A stretch of 64,000 bases of DNA. Origin: Octopus sinensis (Eukaryota). Under the pieces are notes generated by a model. The model had not been told where the DNA came from and made no database searches. It saw nothing but the letters and a program-made list of their open reading frames with translations. Shown here piece by piece: positions 15,035-28,279 of the stretch. Position 1 is the first letter of the stretch; every line of letters begins with the position of its first letter. The stretch lies in assembly GCF_006345805.1 (NCBI RefSeq), contig NC_043003.1, positions 111,724,001-111,788,000 of the forward strand. Direction: 5' to 3'. A program made the translations under genes and the position numbers.

Positions 15035-17480
15035 AAATATCGAGTACGATATATATTACGGTATAATACTGAAAGGTTTACTCGTAATAACAAACTTTTG
15101 ATATACAACGGGAAAAAACGTCACAGAAACAAATAAATTGATCAAGGCAGAAAGTATTGTTGTAGCAGAAAATGTGGATATTGATGTCAACAAAAGGAAA
15201 TATAATAGGAGAGACCAAAGAAAAGATCCACGGTGGAAAGAAGAATAAAGTCAGGGTTAGATATGCTGCCGAAGGGCATTTCTGTGTTTAGACAGAAAAT
15301 GGAAGAGGGAGCTTAAAAGCAATCAAAAATAAAGGGCACTGAACATGAATTATGATATTCAAAGAAAGGGCCTGAAAGTTGTAATAGAGGAAAATGGTAA
15401 TGCATCGCCGCGTTGCAAAGGAAGCAAAGGTGGTAAGATGTGACCAAAGAATGAAGGGATACCAGTAGAATAGTTTATTCAGAGTAGATCAGAAGAGATT
15501 CTATAAAGAAATAAATGGAGCCTGTACAGACTGTATAGGCGCAGGAGTGGCTAGGTGGTAAGTAGCTTGCTTACCAACCACATGGTTCCGGGTTCAGTCC
15601 CACTGCGTGGCACCTTGGGCAAGTGTCTTCTGCTATAGCCCCGGGCCGACCAATGCCTTGTGAGTGGATTTGGTAGACGGAAACTGAAAGAAGCCTGTCG
15701 TATATATGTATATATGTATATGTATGTGTGTGTGTGTTTGTGTGTCTGTGTTTGTTCCCCTAGCGTTGCTTGACAACCGATGCTGGTGTGTTTACGTCCC
15801 CGTCACTTAGCGGTTCGGCAAAAGAGACCGATAGAATAAGTACTGGGCTTACAAAGAATAAGTCCCGGGGTCGATTTGCTTGACTATAGGCGGCGCTCAA
15901 GCATGGCCGCAGTCAAATTACTGAAACAAGTAAAATAGTAAAGAGTAAAGAGTATGAAAAATTGATACCGACAACATTGAAAGTCAAATGTTTTGGAGTG
16001 ACATCTGGAGCAAAGACAAGACGCAGATGAAGGATGCTGAATGGTTGCAAGAACTAAAAAAAACAGTAGTTTGTCCAAAGAAGCAGACTAGTCATTTCAG
16101 GTCGGTAAGTGACGGAAATCAGCAGAAAAAAAGGTAAACTGGAAGGCCCCGTGACCGGATGGAATTTCAGACTATTGGCTCAAAAGATTTGGTGAATATC
16201 ATGCACGAATAGCTGCAGAAGACTACAACTTATTAAATGCCAATCAAGTGACACCAGAGTTATTGACAATATGATGGTCAGTGCTGTGCTTGAAAAGCAT
16301 CGGAAATGGCAATACGGTAGACAAATACGGGCTGATGTCCTGTTTGCCGCCTATATGGAAATTACTAACTGAAATAGTCGCTCGTAAAGTCAATGTACGA
16401 CATCTGGAATAAAATGGAATTCTGCAACGTGAATAGAAAAGATGCAAGCGTAAGCGTAGAAGTAACATGATCAACTTCTGGTAGATAAAACTCTACTTAG
16501 AGACCGAAAAAGGAGGAAAATTAAATTAGCCATGTCATGTATAGATTATTGTAAGGCTTACGATATGATCCCACATTCTTGATTATGGAATGTATGAACC
16601 TATTTGGTATTGCATCGAATTTTCAGCGATTGCTTGGTAAAAGTATAGCGAAGTGGAGGACGGAATTGAGAGCATATGGACGAATTTTAGGGACATCAAA
16701 ATCAGGAGAGGTATCAACAAAGGGGACTGCCTGTCTCCATTGAAATTTCTACTATGCTTTTTACAGCAGCACTGATTCTGAGGTAAGCAAAGCCTGGGTA
16801 CGTATTCAAGGGCCGCCAACAAAAAGTTAACCACTTGTTATTCATGGATGACCTCAGAATGACAGAAACATTTAAGGTGCAGACTGAGGCAGATCCTTAT
16901 GTCGAAATTAAACGGACGGAATAAGATGGAAGCTATCACTCCTTAGATATGGAGTAGGGGTAATCGCGTGGACATACAAAATAAACAGCTTAGAAAGAAA
17001 GACAAGGAAGTTGCTAACTAGAAATAGGACACTCCGCCCAAAATGTGACACAGACAGACTGTATGCATCAAAGAAAAAGGCAGAAGAGAACTGATTGAAT
17101 GTGAACACTGCATTAGAGAAGAAGAAAACAACATGTCATGGTATATAAAAAGTACCACAGAACTGCTATTTTGGGACGTAAGAAGGCCAAGCAAAGATAC
17201 AGCACTGTACAAGTAATTGTAAATGAATAAAACTGACATTAGGTGGATATAGCTGGATAAATGAATGGACGATTTCATAGGGATGCTGAAGATAAGACAC
17301 ACAGAGAAAAAAGACAGCTATGGGGGACTAAAAGTGGTATAAAACCGGAAACGAAGGCTCAAATTTGTGTAGCCAAGAGCAATCATAAAGAACCAATTAC
17401 ATCTAATACAGAATAGACAACTCGTTAGAAAGTGATAAGTGCAAAATATGTGGACAAAATGGTGAAACCGTATGGCATAT
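15035..17480 (+). mobile_element. Degraded R4/Dong-like (restriction-like endonuclease) non-LTR retrotransposon, interrupted by a SINE and truncated in the CCHC knuckle
   Basis: NWKAP*PDGISDYWLK (~16137), IDYCKAYDMIPHS (~16541), RRGI..GDCLSP (~16704), NHLLFMDDL (~16829), KCKICGQNGETVWHI (~17437). Confidence 0.9.
15538..15955 (+). mobile_element. Near-complete tRNA-derived SINE (family A) inserted in the R4/Dong-like element
   Basis: Head ggcgcaggagtggctaggtggtaag (Pol III A-box-like) and gggttcagtccc (B-box-like), followed by caccttgggcaagtgtc (CORE-like), an internal (TG)n tract and a tail of (gtaaaga)-type repeats. Confidence 0.92.
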
Positions 17481-17528
17481 TATTATTATTATTATTGTTA
17501 TTATTATTATTATTATTATTAATATTAA

Positions 17529-17568
<40 letters not shown>

Positions 17569-17586
17569 GTTATTATTATTATTATT
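17478..17586. repeat. (TTA)n trinucleotide microsatellite
   Basis: Directly visible. Confidence 0.98.
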
Positions 17587-19594
17587 TCTATCAGTAAATT
17601 CATATACAGTATAATGAGAAATTCAGGTGGTTTGAGAACAATAAGTAGTAAACTTTACTCTCCTGATGTCTTATAAATGAATGTGAATTGCCTTCAAACT
17701 GTCAAATTGAAATATCGCCGACAAAGCATTTGATCACTTGCTATTAATGTTGTGATATATATATGTATGTATATATATATATATGTTTTTTTATTTTTAA
17801 ATTTCTCTTCTTTATTTGCTTTTTTAATATCCTACAGATTTCAAAATAACCTTGCGTTTGGATTACACACTCTTGTGTCACAGTGGAAAATTGTGACTGC
17901 ATATTTCTTTATTTATTCCCACATGTAATGAAGTGAGGGAATATACTGCCACATGTAATGAAATGAGGGAAGAATCGGTATTTCATTTTCTTTTAATCTC
18001 TTAAGATACCAACTGCTACATTAAAAGTTTTACCGTCTCTGCATAATCCTAAAAAGAGAAAATTCTTGAAATGCAGTGGACTTGGATTGTGAAAGGAAAT
18101 GCTTCGTTCCTTCGTGTCAGTTCCTGGACCAGTGTAGTGCATGGGCAAGGTGATTTAGTGGTTTAATAAGGAATCAATGAAATGACTAGATCAAAACAAT
18201 TATCTTAATATTTCTTAATTACAAGTCTCATAGAAATGTCAGGGTATATCGCTTCTCTATTCCTTAAAAGCTGGCCAATGATGGATAGCTTATCTCCGTA
18301 GTATCACACAGGTATATAGCTCTAAGATTATTTCCACGTCTTCGAAATATTCACGCTCAATTTTCTCAAAGTTGCAACGCAATGCTGCTTCATTTTTCAG
18401 GAGGTAGCATTATGTTGCAATCGTTACAGTTCACAGAGACAGTAATGATACCTGTGAAGATGAGAAGTCAACAGGAAGACGGTAGCTTCTCGTAAATAGC
18501 TGTCCTAAAAATAATTAAGGGGTTCGCTACTTAAGATACCCTCCCCTATGCCACCTAATACATTTTACACTTCCATACATTACATATTTAAACGTTAGGC
18601 AGTGTTACGGGTACAAATAATTCATTATAATGACATGAGAGCATTTTCTTCAGTTTACTTCTCGCTTCAAAATGCATTTCATCATTTCAATTATTCACCC
18701 ATCTAATTCACTTACTTCGCGGTGCTTGTTATAAACTGAAATTGTCTAGTGTACATTCTCACTGTCAATGCATCCAATTATGAGGAATATTTGTTTATTT
18801 GCTAGTGGTATGAATGGTGTTAACATTTTACACTCCTCTAATGTTAGCTACTTCGGCTAGGAATACATTTTTCCATTTATTAGTGAGTGTTAAGTAAGAG
18901 GATTTCGGATTTATGATAGACCCAAATGCAATAAGTGCTTTAAAAGGTGCTAAATTGCTTCAACGCTCAATCGAGATTTCATGGTAGATTTTAATGACTG
19001 AAAAATATTTCGTGCTCTTCAACACGCGTCATGTAGTACAACTAACGTTTAAAATAAAATATGTCGTTCACATTCAGAAATCAAGACGTATATAGATGAA
19101 TTAAATAATTAAAGTGATTGGTAAACAAGTTCTGATTTAGTTCCGAACTTTAGCTGGTACGACATTACTTGCAAGCGCTCTCCAGCAAATGATAACTGAG
19201 TTTTTTTTTCCTCTCACTAACTACATATAGGAGGATATATTCAAAAATAGTTTCTGTACAATTCATAGTTATTTTAATTCATAAAAGATTCTAAATTCTT
19301 GAAATCACAAAACATATTTGTACGAACAAGCGAATGAAACATGAAACCTTCTTACACGTTAAATATTTCAAGTGGCCATGTAGTAATAAAATGGACACCC
19401 TACTAGCCCTCCTGTTTTTTAATAACGAGGATTTTAAACCTGGAGAGGGATTAAGATTGGAGAAGCGTTCATTTGGTAATTATTTTCATCTCAGTAGAAT
19501 GGAGCAATATCATACGAAGTGCCATACGCCAGGATACAACTGGCATCCTGTTGCATGAATCGAAACTGAAAAACAATTCAGAATGAAAAGCATT

Positions 19595-19745
19595 ATAATC
19601 GTTTCTACCATAGGTGCAAGGTTTGAAATTTAGATGAGGAGGCAATCGCTTACATTGTCACAGTACTTGATTGATACTTATTTTATCGATCCCGTAAAGA
19701 CAGTCGAAATACTGCTAAATATTCCGTACAGCTTGCCGTCTTAGT
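19595..19745 (-). mobile_element. Degraded SINE family B
   Basis: gatacttattttatcgatcccg...gaaatactgctaa matches the copies at 62400 and 45837. Confidence 0.6.
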
Positions 19746-20986
19746 AAAAGGTATTATAACGAAATAACTGGCATGAATATAAGGCGATAGTACAGCATTT
19801 CTCTCAGTAGTTTCAAAATACTTTGTTTAAGTCCAAACAATTTCGGCCACAGGAAATGTTCATTATACGCTTGTTAATCCTCTCTGAACACACTGTAAAA
19901 AAATATTCTGGAAACAAAATTGTGAGTAAAACTATAATATGCATAATTTTAAAGAAGCTATTATACTAAAGTGTTATCGGCAGATTCCGGCTATGTAAAC
20001 AATCTGTCACGTAGTGGAAAGGTGATCATAAAACTGCTTAAGAGAAAGAGAGAGAGAGAGACGCCCACCGACAGATAGATAGACGCTACTGGTACATATA
20101 CACACTCTATATTCTTTCTTAAATTATATTCAAGTGCGAAAAAACGATACGACCTCGCGGGCGACAAAAAGAGATGCAGAGTGAGCGTAGGAAAGAGTAC
20201 AGGAGAGAGGGCGTGTGAAAGATCTTGAGAAAGAGATAAACAAATGTTAATAGCACATGCGCACAGCTACACATATACAAACACTGTTGTCAAATATACA
20301 TATGGGAAACACACAGACAGCAGTTCAATGCTTGATGGTTTCTTCTAATTAATCCGAGCGATAACCACGAGACCAGTTCGTATTTCATTAAAATGTTTTC
20401 ACAATTGGGAACGTTGAAACAGTGTAATGATCAGTATCACTGTTTATTTCCCCTTGAATAAATTTCTCATGAAATCAGAGCCAAAATCGCTTTGATTTAT
20501 TCGTTATTTTATCATATTACAAAACCAACAATTTGACAACATCCTATCAGTATTGCACTTGTTGCTATTTGAAAATAGCTACAGTAATTTCTGAAAATGC
20601 ACTTAAACTAAGCAATTTGCAAATATTTCTGCATTTCTCAACTGTGAAGAAAACACCTGCATAACGAGAATAGATACACTCATTATATGCATGTTGTGAT
20701 GTTTTCTTTGCCTTACGCTGTTAAAAATCTTTTGGGGAAAGAAAATTATCAATATCAAGTTACAAGTTAGAAGTTTTTGATGTTATTAACAAATATGTAA
20801 AACAAAATGTCAGAAAGTGAATTTGCATCTATGCATGGGTCTATATTAATATTTAAGCACACACAAAAATTGACGCATGATATTCTCTTTCACATAGAAT
20901 CAGTCTCACTTTCACACAATCGCTGATACAAAGACAACAAATATGTATATATGCCCATACGTATACACACACGCATGCACATACAC

Positions 20987-21062
<76 letters not shown>

Positions 21063-21307
21063 GTATATATATATAAGTGTTAAACATGACATCAAACATT
21101 AAGGCAAAGCAAGCATCTCAAGTTGTATACAATATTATTATAATATTATATACAACTTGTGCCTTGCCTTAATGTTTGAGGTCCTGTTTAACAATTATAA
21201 CTTAGATGCATTAGAAATAACCTGCGAGCCCCAGTGATCTGTTACAATATTTACCCAGTGTAAATAATCGCTTTGCTCACCTGTGAATTAAATCCTCAAA
21301 CTTTGTG

Positions 21308-21387
<80 letters not shown>

Positions 21388-21422
21388 AAAATGAAAATAA
21401 GCAACATAATATCAAGAACTGA

Positions 21423-21510
21423 TGCACTACGACCGTTTCAAGCGGCTCCATTTAATTGAACAATGCAATCATTATAGCAATTTACATGCAGCGCTATCCT
21501 CAGCTGCACA
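21423..21510 (-). ncRNA. Hammerhead-like motif with a long extended stem II
   Basis: Minus strand: CTGAGGA-t-agcg...(long imperfect hairpin)...cgct-t-GAAA-cgg-TC. Core intact; stem I poorly paired. Confidence 0.55.
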
Positions 21511-22404
21511 AATAAATAAATAGAATTCTAATCAATCGGACACAATATAATTTTACTCAAATACTCAAACAGTCCAAAAAGATGGAAGAATCCATGTTGT
21601 CGCTATTGTAGCTAAGAATATACTACAATTCCAAGAAATGCATGAAGTTGGTTGGGGTCATAGCTTGTAAAGGATTGTGGTTCATTTTTAATTTATTAGT
21701 TTTTTTATCAACTACTAACTCTAAGCCTAGAGGATTGTGTCTGTTTAGAACTGAGCGCAGGAGTGAATTGATAGCTCATAGCTACGTATGGTCATAAATA
21801 TTGTCAAGATTTTAGGAGTAGTTTAAAGGAACTACCTATAACGGAAACTGGGTAGGGGAAGACCCCTAATCTAGGTGTTCATTACCAGTTAAAGGGGTAA
21901 AACGCTAATAAAATCTATGATGTACTACTCAGGAAATTACTACATTAAACATTATATATACGTGTTTATATAATTATACTTAAATATTCATCTTCTGAAA
22001 ATCTTCTGTGTTTATTTTCTTTGTTTACATGTATATATATATTCCCATTTCATACTTAGCTTCGACAGACTTCAGCACGTCCCTGTTGTATTCTTGTGAT
22101 AGTCTTTCTTTTGTAAGTTTATATTTCATCTAATGTTCTCGTTTTTCTATTAAAAATGCGTAAGAAACAGATGTAGTGTGCTGACAATTATCCATCATCT
22201 ATTATTAGTCATATGCTTATAATTCGGCGAGGGGATGTACGACTTATCGGACACCCGAGAGTATACCACCAGCGTACAATTCAACATAACGCGTGCATTG
22301 GACCAGCCCATATGCACTAAATACTCATAGGATTGTTTTCCTCTGTGTAGACAAACGAAATATCTCATTTGATACTTACCAACAATATATATCTCTATGC
22401 ATAT

Positions 22405-22436
<32 letters not shown>

Positions 22437-22535
22437 ATATATATATATATTAATGTATAATATATATACACATATTATGAATAATTAATGTATATTAATG
22501 TATAATACACATATTAATGTATGCATATATGTATC

Positions 22536-22606
<71 letters not shown>

Positions 22607-23348
22607 GAGAGAGAGTGAGATGGAAGACAGATTAACAGACGGACAGACAGACAGTCAGTGCTAGAGAGTACTGGATACATGTCTTGCAAAATATGTAACG
22701 TACGTTTATAGCTTTTAAGAAAGATATTGCTTTAGCCTCGGTATGGGCACAGATCGTTCATTTTCTCTGCAGCTAGAAAACAGTAATTGATCACGGTAGA
22801 ATAATAGTCACCTTCTGTCTACAGGGAAGAAGAGGAAGCAAAAGAAAGGAGAGAAAGTGTAAAAGAAAGGAAGTAAGGGGGACATTCTTTGATTAGAGAT
22901 ATTCTCTCCCTATATGAAGTAGGACAATTGTTGTTTTTCTATCTAGAATAGAGCTTTTCATTGGATATTAAAAGAATATGGGCTCCGTATTTTAAGGTCT
23001 CGATAAAATGTATTTAGACATGTATTTCTTATTCAGTATCATTGCCTACTCCACTATGAGATAAACGTCATATGAAAACAGAACTCAGCAGTTTATTGAG
23101 CTTCTGGTTTGTATGCTTTATAGATAATTGTAAACAATGAAGATTTCTAAACATGCGTCTTTGTTCTTTGAACAATTACTGTCTAAGAATAATAATAAAT
23201 AGGTATACCGTACACCAATTTATTCTTAACTATGAGGAGATAACACCTGCTTGTACACTTTGCTTTAATGTAACATCGTAACTAATGCGATGCATAAACA
23301 TATACAATATATATGTATATATACATATATATGATAGATTCAGAGAGA

Positions 23349-23380
<32 letters not shown>

Positions 23381-23779
23381 ATAAAAAGGGATAAGTTATC
23401 TTGGCAGATACTGCATTATCACGACAGTAGTTTAGATGCCGGCTATCCACAACAGCCCATTATATAGTACTCAAGCTTAGAAAGATATACTGATATTGCA
23501 AACTTCACACGTAGGGTAAGTTCGAGTTCCTATTCAGACAATCCAAAAAGAGTTTACAATAATGCTGATAATAGAGAATTGGAAATTTCATTCACATCCT
23601 AAAACGTATTTATTTAAAAGTTTTCTACAGAATATACATCTGACCTACATATGTTTCGACTGCACCTACTGCATATTGTGTTGTATGCAATTATGTATTA
23701 TTGTCACTGCAATTGATTAAGGGTCCTTTACACACAACATTTTCAAAGTCAATCGATTCAAATATTTTTTAAAACATAG

Positions 23780-25130
23780 GATTTCAATATCAGTATCAGT
23801 AAACTTATGTGATGTTAATTTAGATCTAAGCACAGACATACGCAGGCCATATCACAAGCCTAATATTCACCTTAGATACAGTGCTATAGCAAACATCCAT
23901 CATGAATAACGCGGTCTATAATAATAAAAAAAAACCGCATTACTAAACTTTAAGGATGCGAGGGAGTATTTCAACTAAACGAGGATTTTTATAAGTTTTC
24001 ATTAAAGAACGCGGATATAGAGGAAAATTTAAATTCTTTAACGGTAGAAATGATAGAATTAATAAACGTAGTGAGATGGACCAACCTAGGAATAATGAAA
24101 TGGCATTCATAATATGAAGAACGTAACTAACCACCAAGTATGGACAGTAGGAAGATTTAAAGAACGTCCGTACAATTAGAATACAACAATGGAGTGCCTA
24201 GAACGAAAAATAAAGTGTTAAAGGATTTAGATGAGGATGGACCTATGAAGAGGTTCCATTCATATAGTAATACACATTAATACTACACAAATAACTGACA
24301 AATATATATTAGCAAGAAAACCCAATGCCGAAATAAATCAAGGTAGATAGGTAACACTTTCATGAAAAGCTTAAGTAAAAGTAGAAATATATGGTACATA
24401 GATGCCTCTAGCAATATCGAGTGGTATATAATCCCCCTCGGAAAACAAATAATTACCAATATACTTAAATTGTTCTATTCGTGAAAGGCTAAATATTTCC
24501 CAAAAGACAGTAAATACTATAGCATTTTAATGAACATAGATTTAGACTAACCTTTTCTAATAGCATAATCTCGCACAAATTATAGCAGCACACAGCGCTA
24601 TTATGTTACATAGTTTCCATATGCACACTAACAACAATGGTAGCCAGAACAATCAATATAGATCAATAAATAGCAACAATGCAATGAGCGACCAAACCAC
24701 AGTTAATCCAACTAGGTATCAGGAAAGGAATTATAGTTTCACAACCAATAAAATAAAATCTACCCGAAAAAAACGCCGCATTAGTCTGAAAGTGGAAGAT
24801 GTGAATCCTAGAAGGCGCAGTACTCAACATGTTATCTATGTGGGAAAGAGTTATATCTCAGAAGACAAGAGACTTTAGAAATCCCTTCTAGTGAAACTTC
24901 AGTGAAAACTATCAATGGAAGTAACAGGAGTATCAAATGAGAATGTGCAAGGAACAGGGTTCACCCGCTAAATTCTAATTGTAGGTATCAAAATTTCGTA
25001 TACAGATGTAAGGTTACCTCAGAGAATAGAGAGTATTTCTATAAGGGAGAAAAAAATTGCCAATCATTAAAATTCTATACGAGAGAAATGTTTTTCTAAC
25101 TAACGATTTATAAATGTTCGCTCATACTGT
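23780..25130 (+). mobile_element. Degraded Penelope-like element (RT C-terminus to GIY-YIG region)
   Basis: DVNLDLSTDIRRPYHKPN (~23811, cf. FLDVxxxL...YxPYxKPN). NVIYVGK-like segment at ~24828 and remnants of the C-terminal C..C..EK region at ~25005-25050. Confidence 0.7.
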
Positions 25131-25349
25131 ACCTTACATTACGTACATATTATAAGTTGCCGTAAAAGTAGGATCAGCAGGTGTGTGAGGCTACCTAGGT
25201 TTCTCTATCTGCATGACAGCAGCGTAACACTTGTTTCTTTTCTTTTGTAAAATTACATTTTCACCAAGCGCACAGATTGTAGGTTTCTTTGCTTTCGTTG
25301 GTTTGTGTTTAATATTAGTGTTCTAGTTCTCTATTATTAACATGTATTT

Positions 25350-27390
25350 ATAATCCGATGCCATGAATTTTCTGTTTTGTTTTATGGCTTGTTTTATAAA
25401 AAGTTAAAATATTCTACAACTAGAATATTTCTTTCGGGTAAATCACTTTTAATTGTAATCAAAGTGTATTTCATAAGTACACACTTTGATGCTTTTAATA
25501 CCTTGAATTTCAGTATATTTTGTTCTAGCTTTCTCTTCTAAGTCATTTAAACACGGTAGTTAAAAGTAAATAATATATTATGTATAATCTTTTCTCTAAT
25601 GTTCCGTTTGTAAGGAACTATCTGTAAACATTTCCAAGAGATTTTACTATCAATATTTTATATACTTTTTGACATTTATTATTTCCAGGAACTCAAACTT
25701 ATAAGAGTATCGAGTGTAAAATAACGTGATAGATTAGTTAGAGTTTATCTCCAGTTTTATATCTTGATATAGGGTCATTTTGTTGCCACAATTATTACAA
25801 GGATTTGAGTATACGGAATTTTATCATTTTAATACAAAAATATCTAATAAACGTTTTAATCCATCAATTTCTTCCTTCCATCGTATTCTTGATGAGTAGT
25901 GTACGATCAACCCAACAAATTTATAAGCATATGACTTGGTATCAGATTTTTCTGTTAATTTCGCGTAGAAACAGGAGCTTTAATAGAGAATGCACAGTTT
26001 CATGATTATAGTATTTGAAAACAGGATATGTTGGGAAATAAAAGAATTCTAAGGTTACACAAGAAAACTGGCGCTTCCCCTCGTGCTGGCTAGTATTTAA
26101 GTGGCTTCATAAACGGGTTGCATATACGATGTCTAATATATATATATATTTATAATGTCTTGGCCAAGGTCATTTCTAAATACGTTTCGAGATTGTAATG
26201 CAAGCTATCAGAAAAAAAAGCCGTTCACATTGCTTGTAAGGATAGCATTAACATACGTAATGCAGTCAGCTTCATAAAGTAAGTTAACATGATTTCTCAA
26301 TGACGAAAGCCCATAATTATTTCAATGCCAAGATATGATTCTAGTCACTGAATTGTCACTAAATAGAATAGGTTAATATAACTTCAAATATTATTTTCTA
26401 TTGTTTGGCATCTAGGTTTTGACTTATCTCGCTAATTGATTTTAAAAGGTTATGTTAATTTTCATGTAAAATATTGTATATATACTGAGTGATTTTCTCC
26501 GCAGTACATTAGCGCGTACAGAAGTCTTACATTTCAATTAGGATGTCTAAAAGTCCAGAACCTCTTCTATGTTATCACTTGTAATTGCCCAAATAATTAA
26601 AACAATATCAGCCATTGAGTTCTAATTAATATCTAATTAATATTTAATATTTAAGTATCTTCACATTAATTGAATGGATGATGATATTTCACGTCAAGTA
26701 AAGACATCCATACATTGATTTGTCTATATGTTGTTCATTGCGTAAACTATAATTAAATTCATTGGTGTAATTGTGTAGATGTTGGTAAATATTCGTTGGA
26801 TATTTACCTCGTTTTCAAAGATGGAACTTGTTTTATTACATAGCTTAAGCCTGTAAAGAGGCCATATGGTATTTGCATATAACTCTGTATAGGTTCCACT
26901 TGGTTTTAATGTATCGTGGGACGCTCAATCCATCTATAGACTGGGTCTTCGTTAGAAATACTAATAAGTATATTGGGAAATGCCACGTATCTAACCTTGG
27001 TTTAATAGAGATGTTAAATATACATTAATTTTACCACAGAGAAGAAACATTCACACTATGTTCAAGTATAAGGCAGTTAAAACTTTAAAGGACGCTTCAA
27101 GTATATTCTAATCAACACTGACTAACTAATAGCCACTTAAGCTGGATCTTTCCAACCCATGAATTTTTTGGCATCCCAAAACTTTTTCAATCCAGAACGA
27201 AACAGTTCAAGTAAGTTCAACATCAGATCATTCAACACCATAAAATTCTACAGTACCCACAAGCCCCACAAAAAACTTATACGAGATAAGTGTTTTCAAA
27301 AATCATGCACACAACAAGTAATATGCAGTGATATTTGCCATTCGAACAACACCATCATCATCCGACCACTTTTCCTGAAAATATAATGAA
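25350..27390 (-). mobile_element. Degraded Penelope-like element (second subfamily)
   Basis: Minus-strand remnants: DxVAFPNI-like (~26970-26995), MDVF (YxDD region, ~26705), LDVKYH (~26680), NSVYSNPCNNCG (GIY-YIG type, ~25785-25820). Confidence 0.6.
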
Positions 27391-27930
27391 TGGAAGTTGT
27401 AAACACTTTAACTGATTTCAGCAATAACTACAGGTTAATTAAGAATTGCTCTGGCTGATGTTACAACAACGCAACTTACCACCTTCGTCAACATTGAGTT
27501 GTGTGTATACGTTCAAGAGCGTGCATCCTAATTAAAAATTAAAACTTGCGTAACAGCATAACGATGACATTCTTATAGGTTATACTGTATGAGTACATAA
27601 ATATTTAACATTTTGCCATCACAGATAATTAGCTTAGAAAGCAGAACAATTGGGAAATGTCTGATTACATAATACTGGAAGGATTCTTTCTCTTCAAACA
27701 CATCCACTTTCAGTCATCTTTTGGAATAGGGAATTTTGCTTGAATAAATGCACTGCATACACTGCTATCTGTCTACTTCACGCTGCATGTAAATAATCAG
27801 AGAGTGCATAAAATACCTGGCACTGCGCTAGCATTAAATATTCTAATAAAATATACTCATACACACATGATTACATATGTACATGCATACATACACACAT
27901 ACTCCCGCTCCCCAAATATATATATATATA

Positions 27931-27978
<48 letters not shown>

Positions 27979-28048
27979 TATATATACAAAGTTAGCAGAA
28001 TGAGATAAAATTCCTGGCTGTGAATGATTTCAGAACATTTATAAATAG

Positions 28049-28096
28049 ATCTTACAACTGTTTCCGGGATATTTTAAATATCTCTTCATCGGAGAC
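28049..28096 (-). ncRNA. Type I hammerhead ribozyme variant (CCGAUGA core)
   Basis: Minus strand: gtct-CCGATGA-a-gagatattt/aaaatatccc-g-GAAA-cagttg-TA-agat. Stems I, II and a near-palindromic stem III can all form; GUA cleavage triplet. Confidence 0.7.
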
Positions 28097-28111
28097 GGTG
28101 TGTGAGAAAAT

Positions 28112-28183
<72 letters not shown>

Positions 28184-28191
28184 TATCCATT

Positions 28192-28279
<88 letters not shown>

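Noticed and set aside
15538-15610. tRNA gene
   Set aside because: The A/B-box head continues into a SINE body that is repeated several times in the window; there is no complete cloverleaf.
17478-17586. (TTA)n as the target site of the 15035-17480 Dong-like element
   Set aside because: The element breaks off inside the zinc knuckle, and the repeat is in the opposite orientation relative to the element compared with the 47.7-49.3 kb copies. It is more likely a truncation point.
17838-18490. Three acceptor-like sites (cctacag 17837, cttaag ~18006, ttttcag 18400) as exons of a host gene; similar site at 13853
   Set aside because: Downstream frames contain stops and no domain is recognisable. 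A lncRNA cannot be excluded without RNA-seq.
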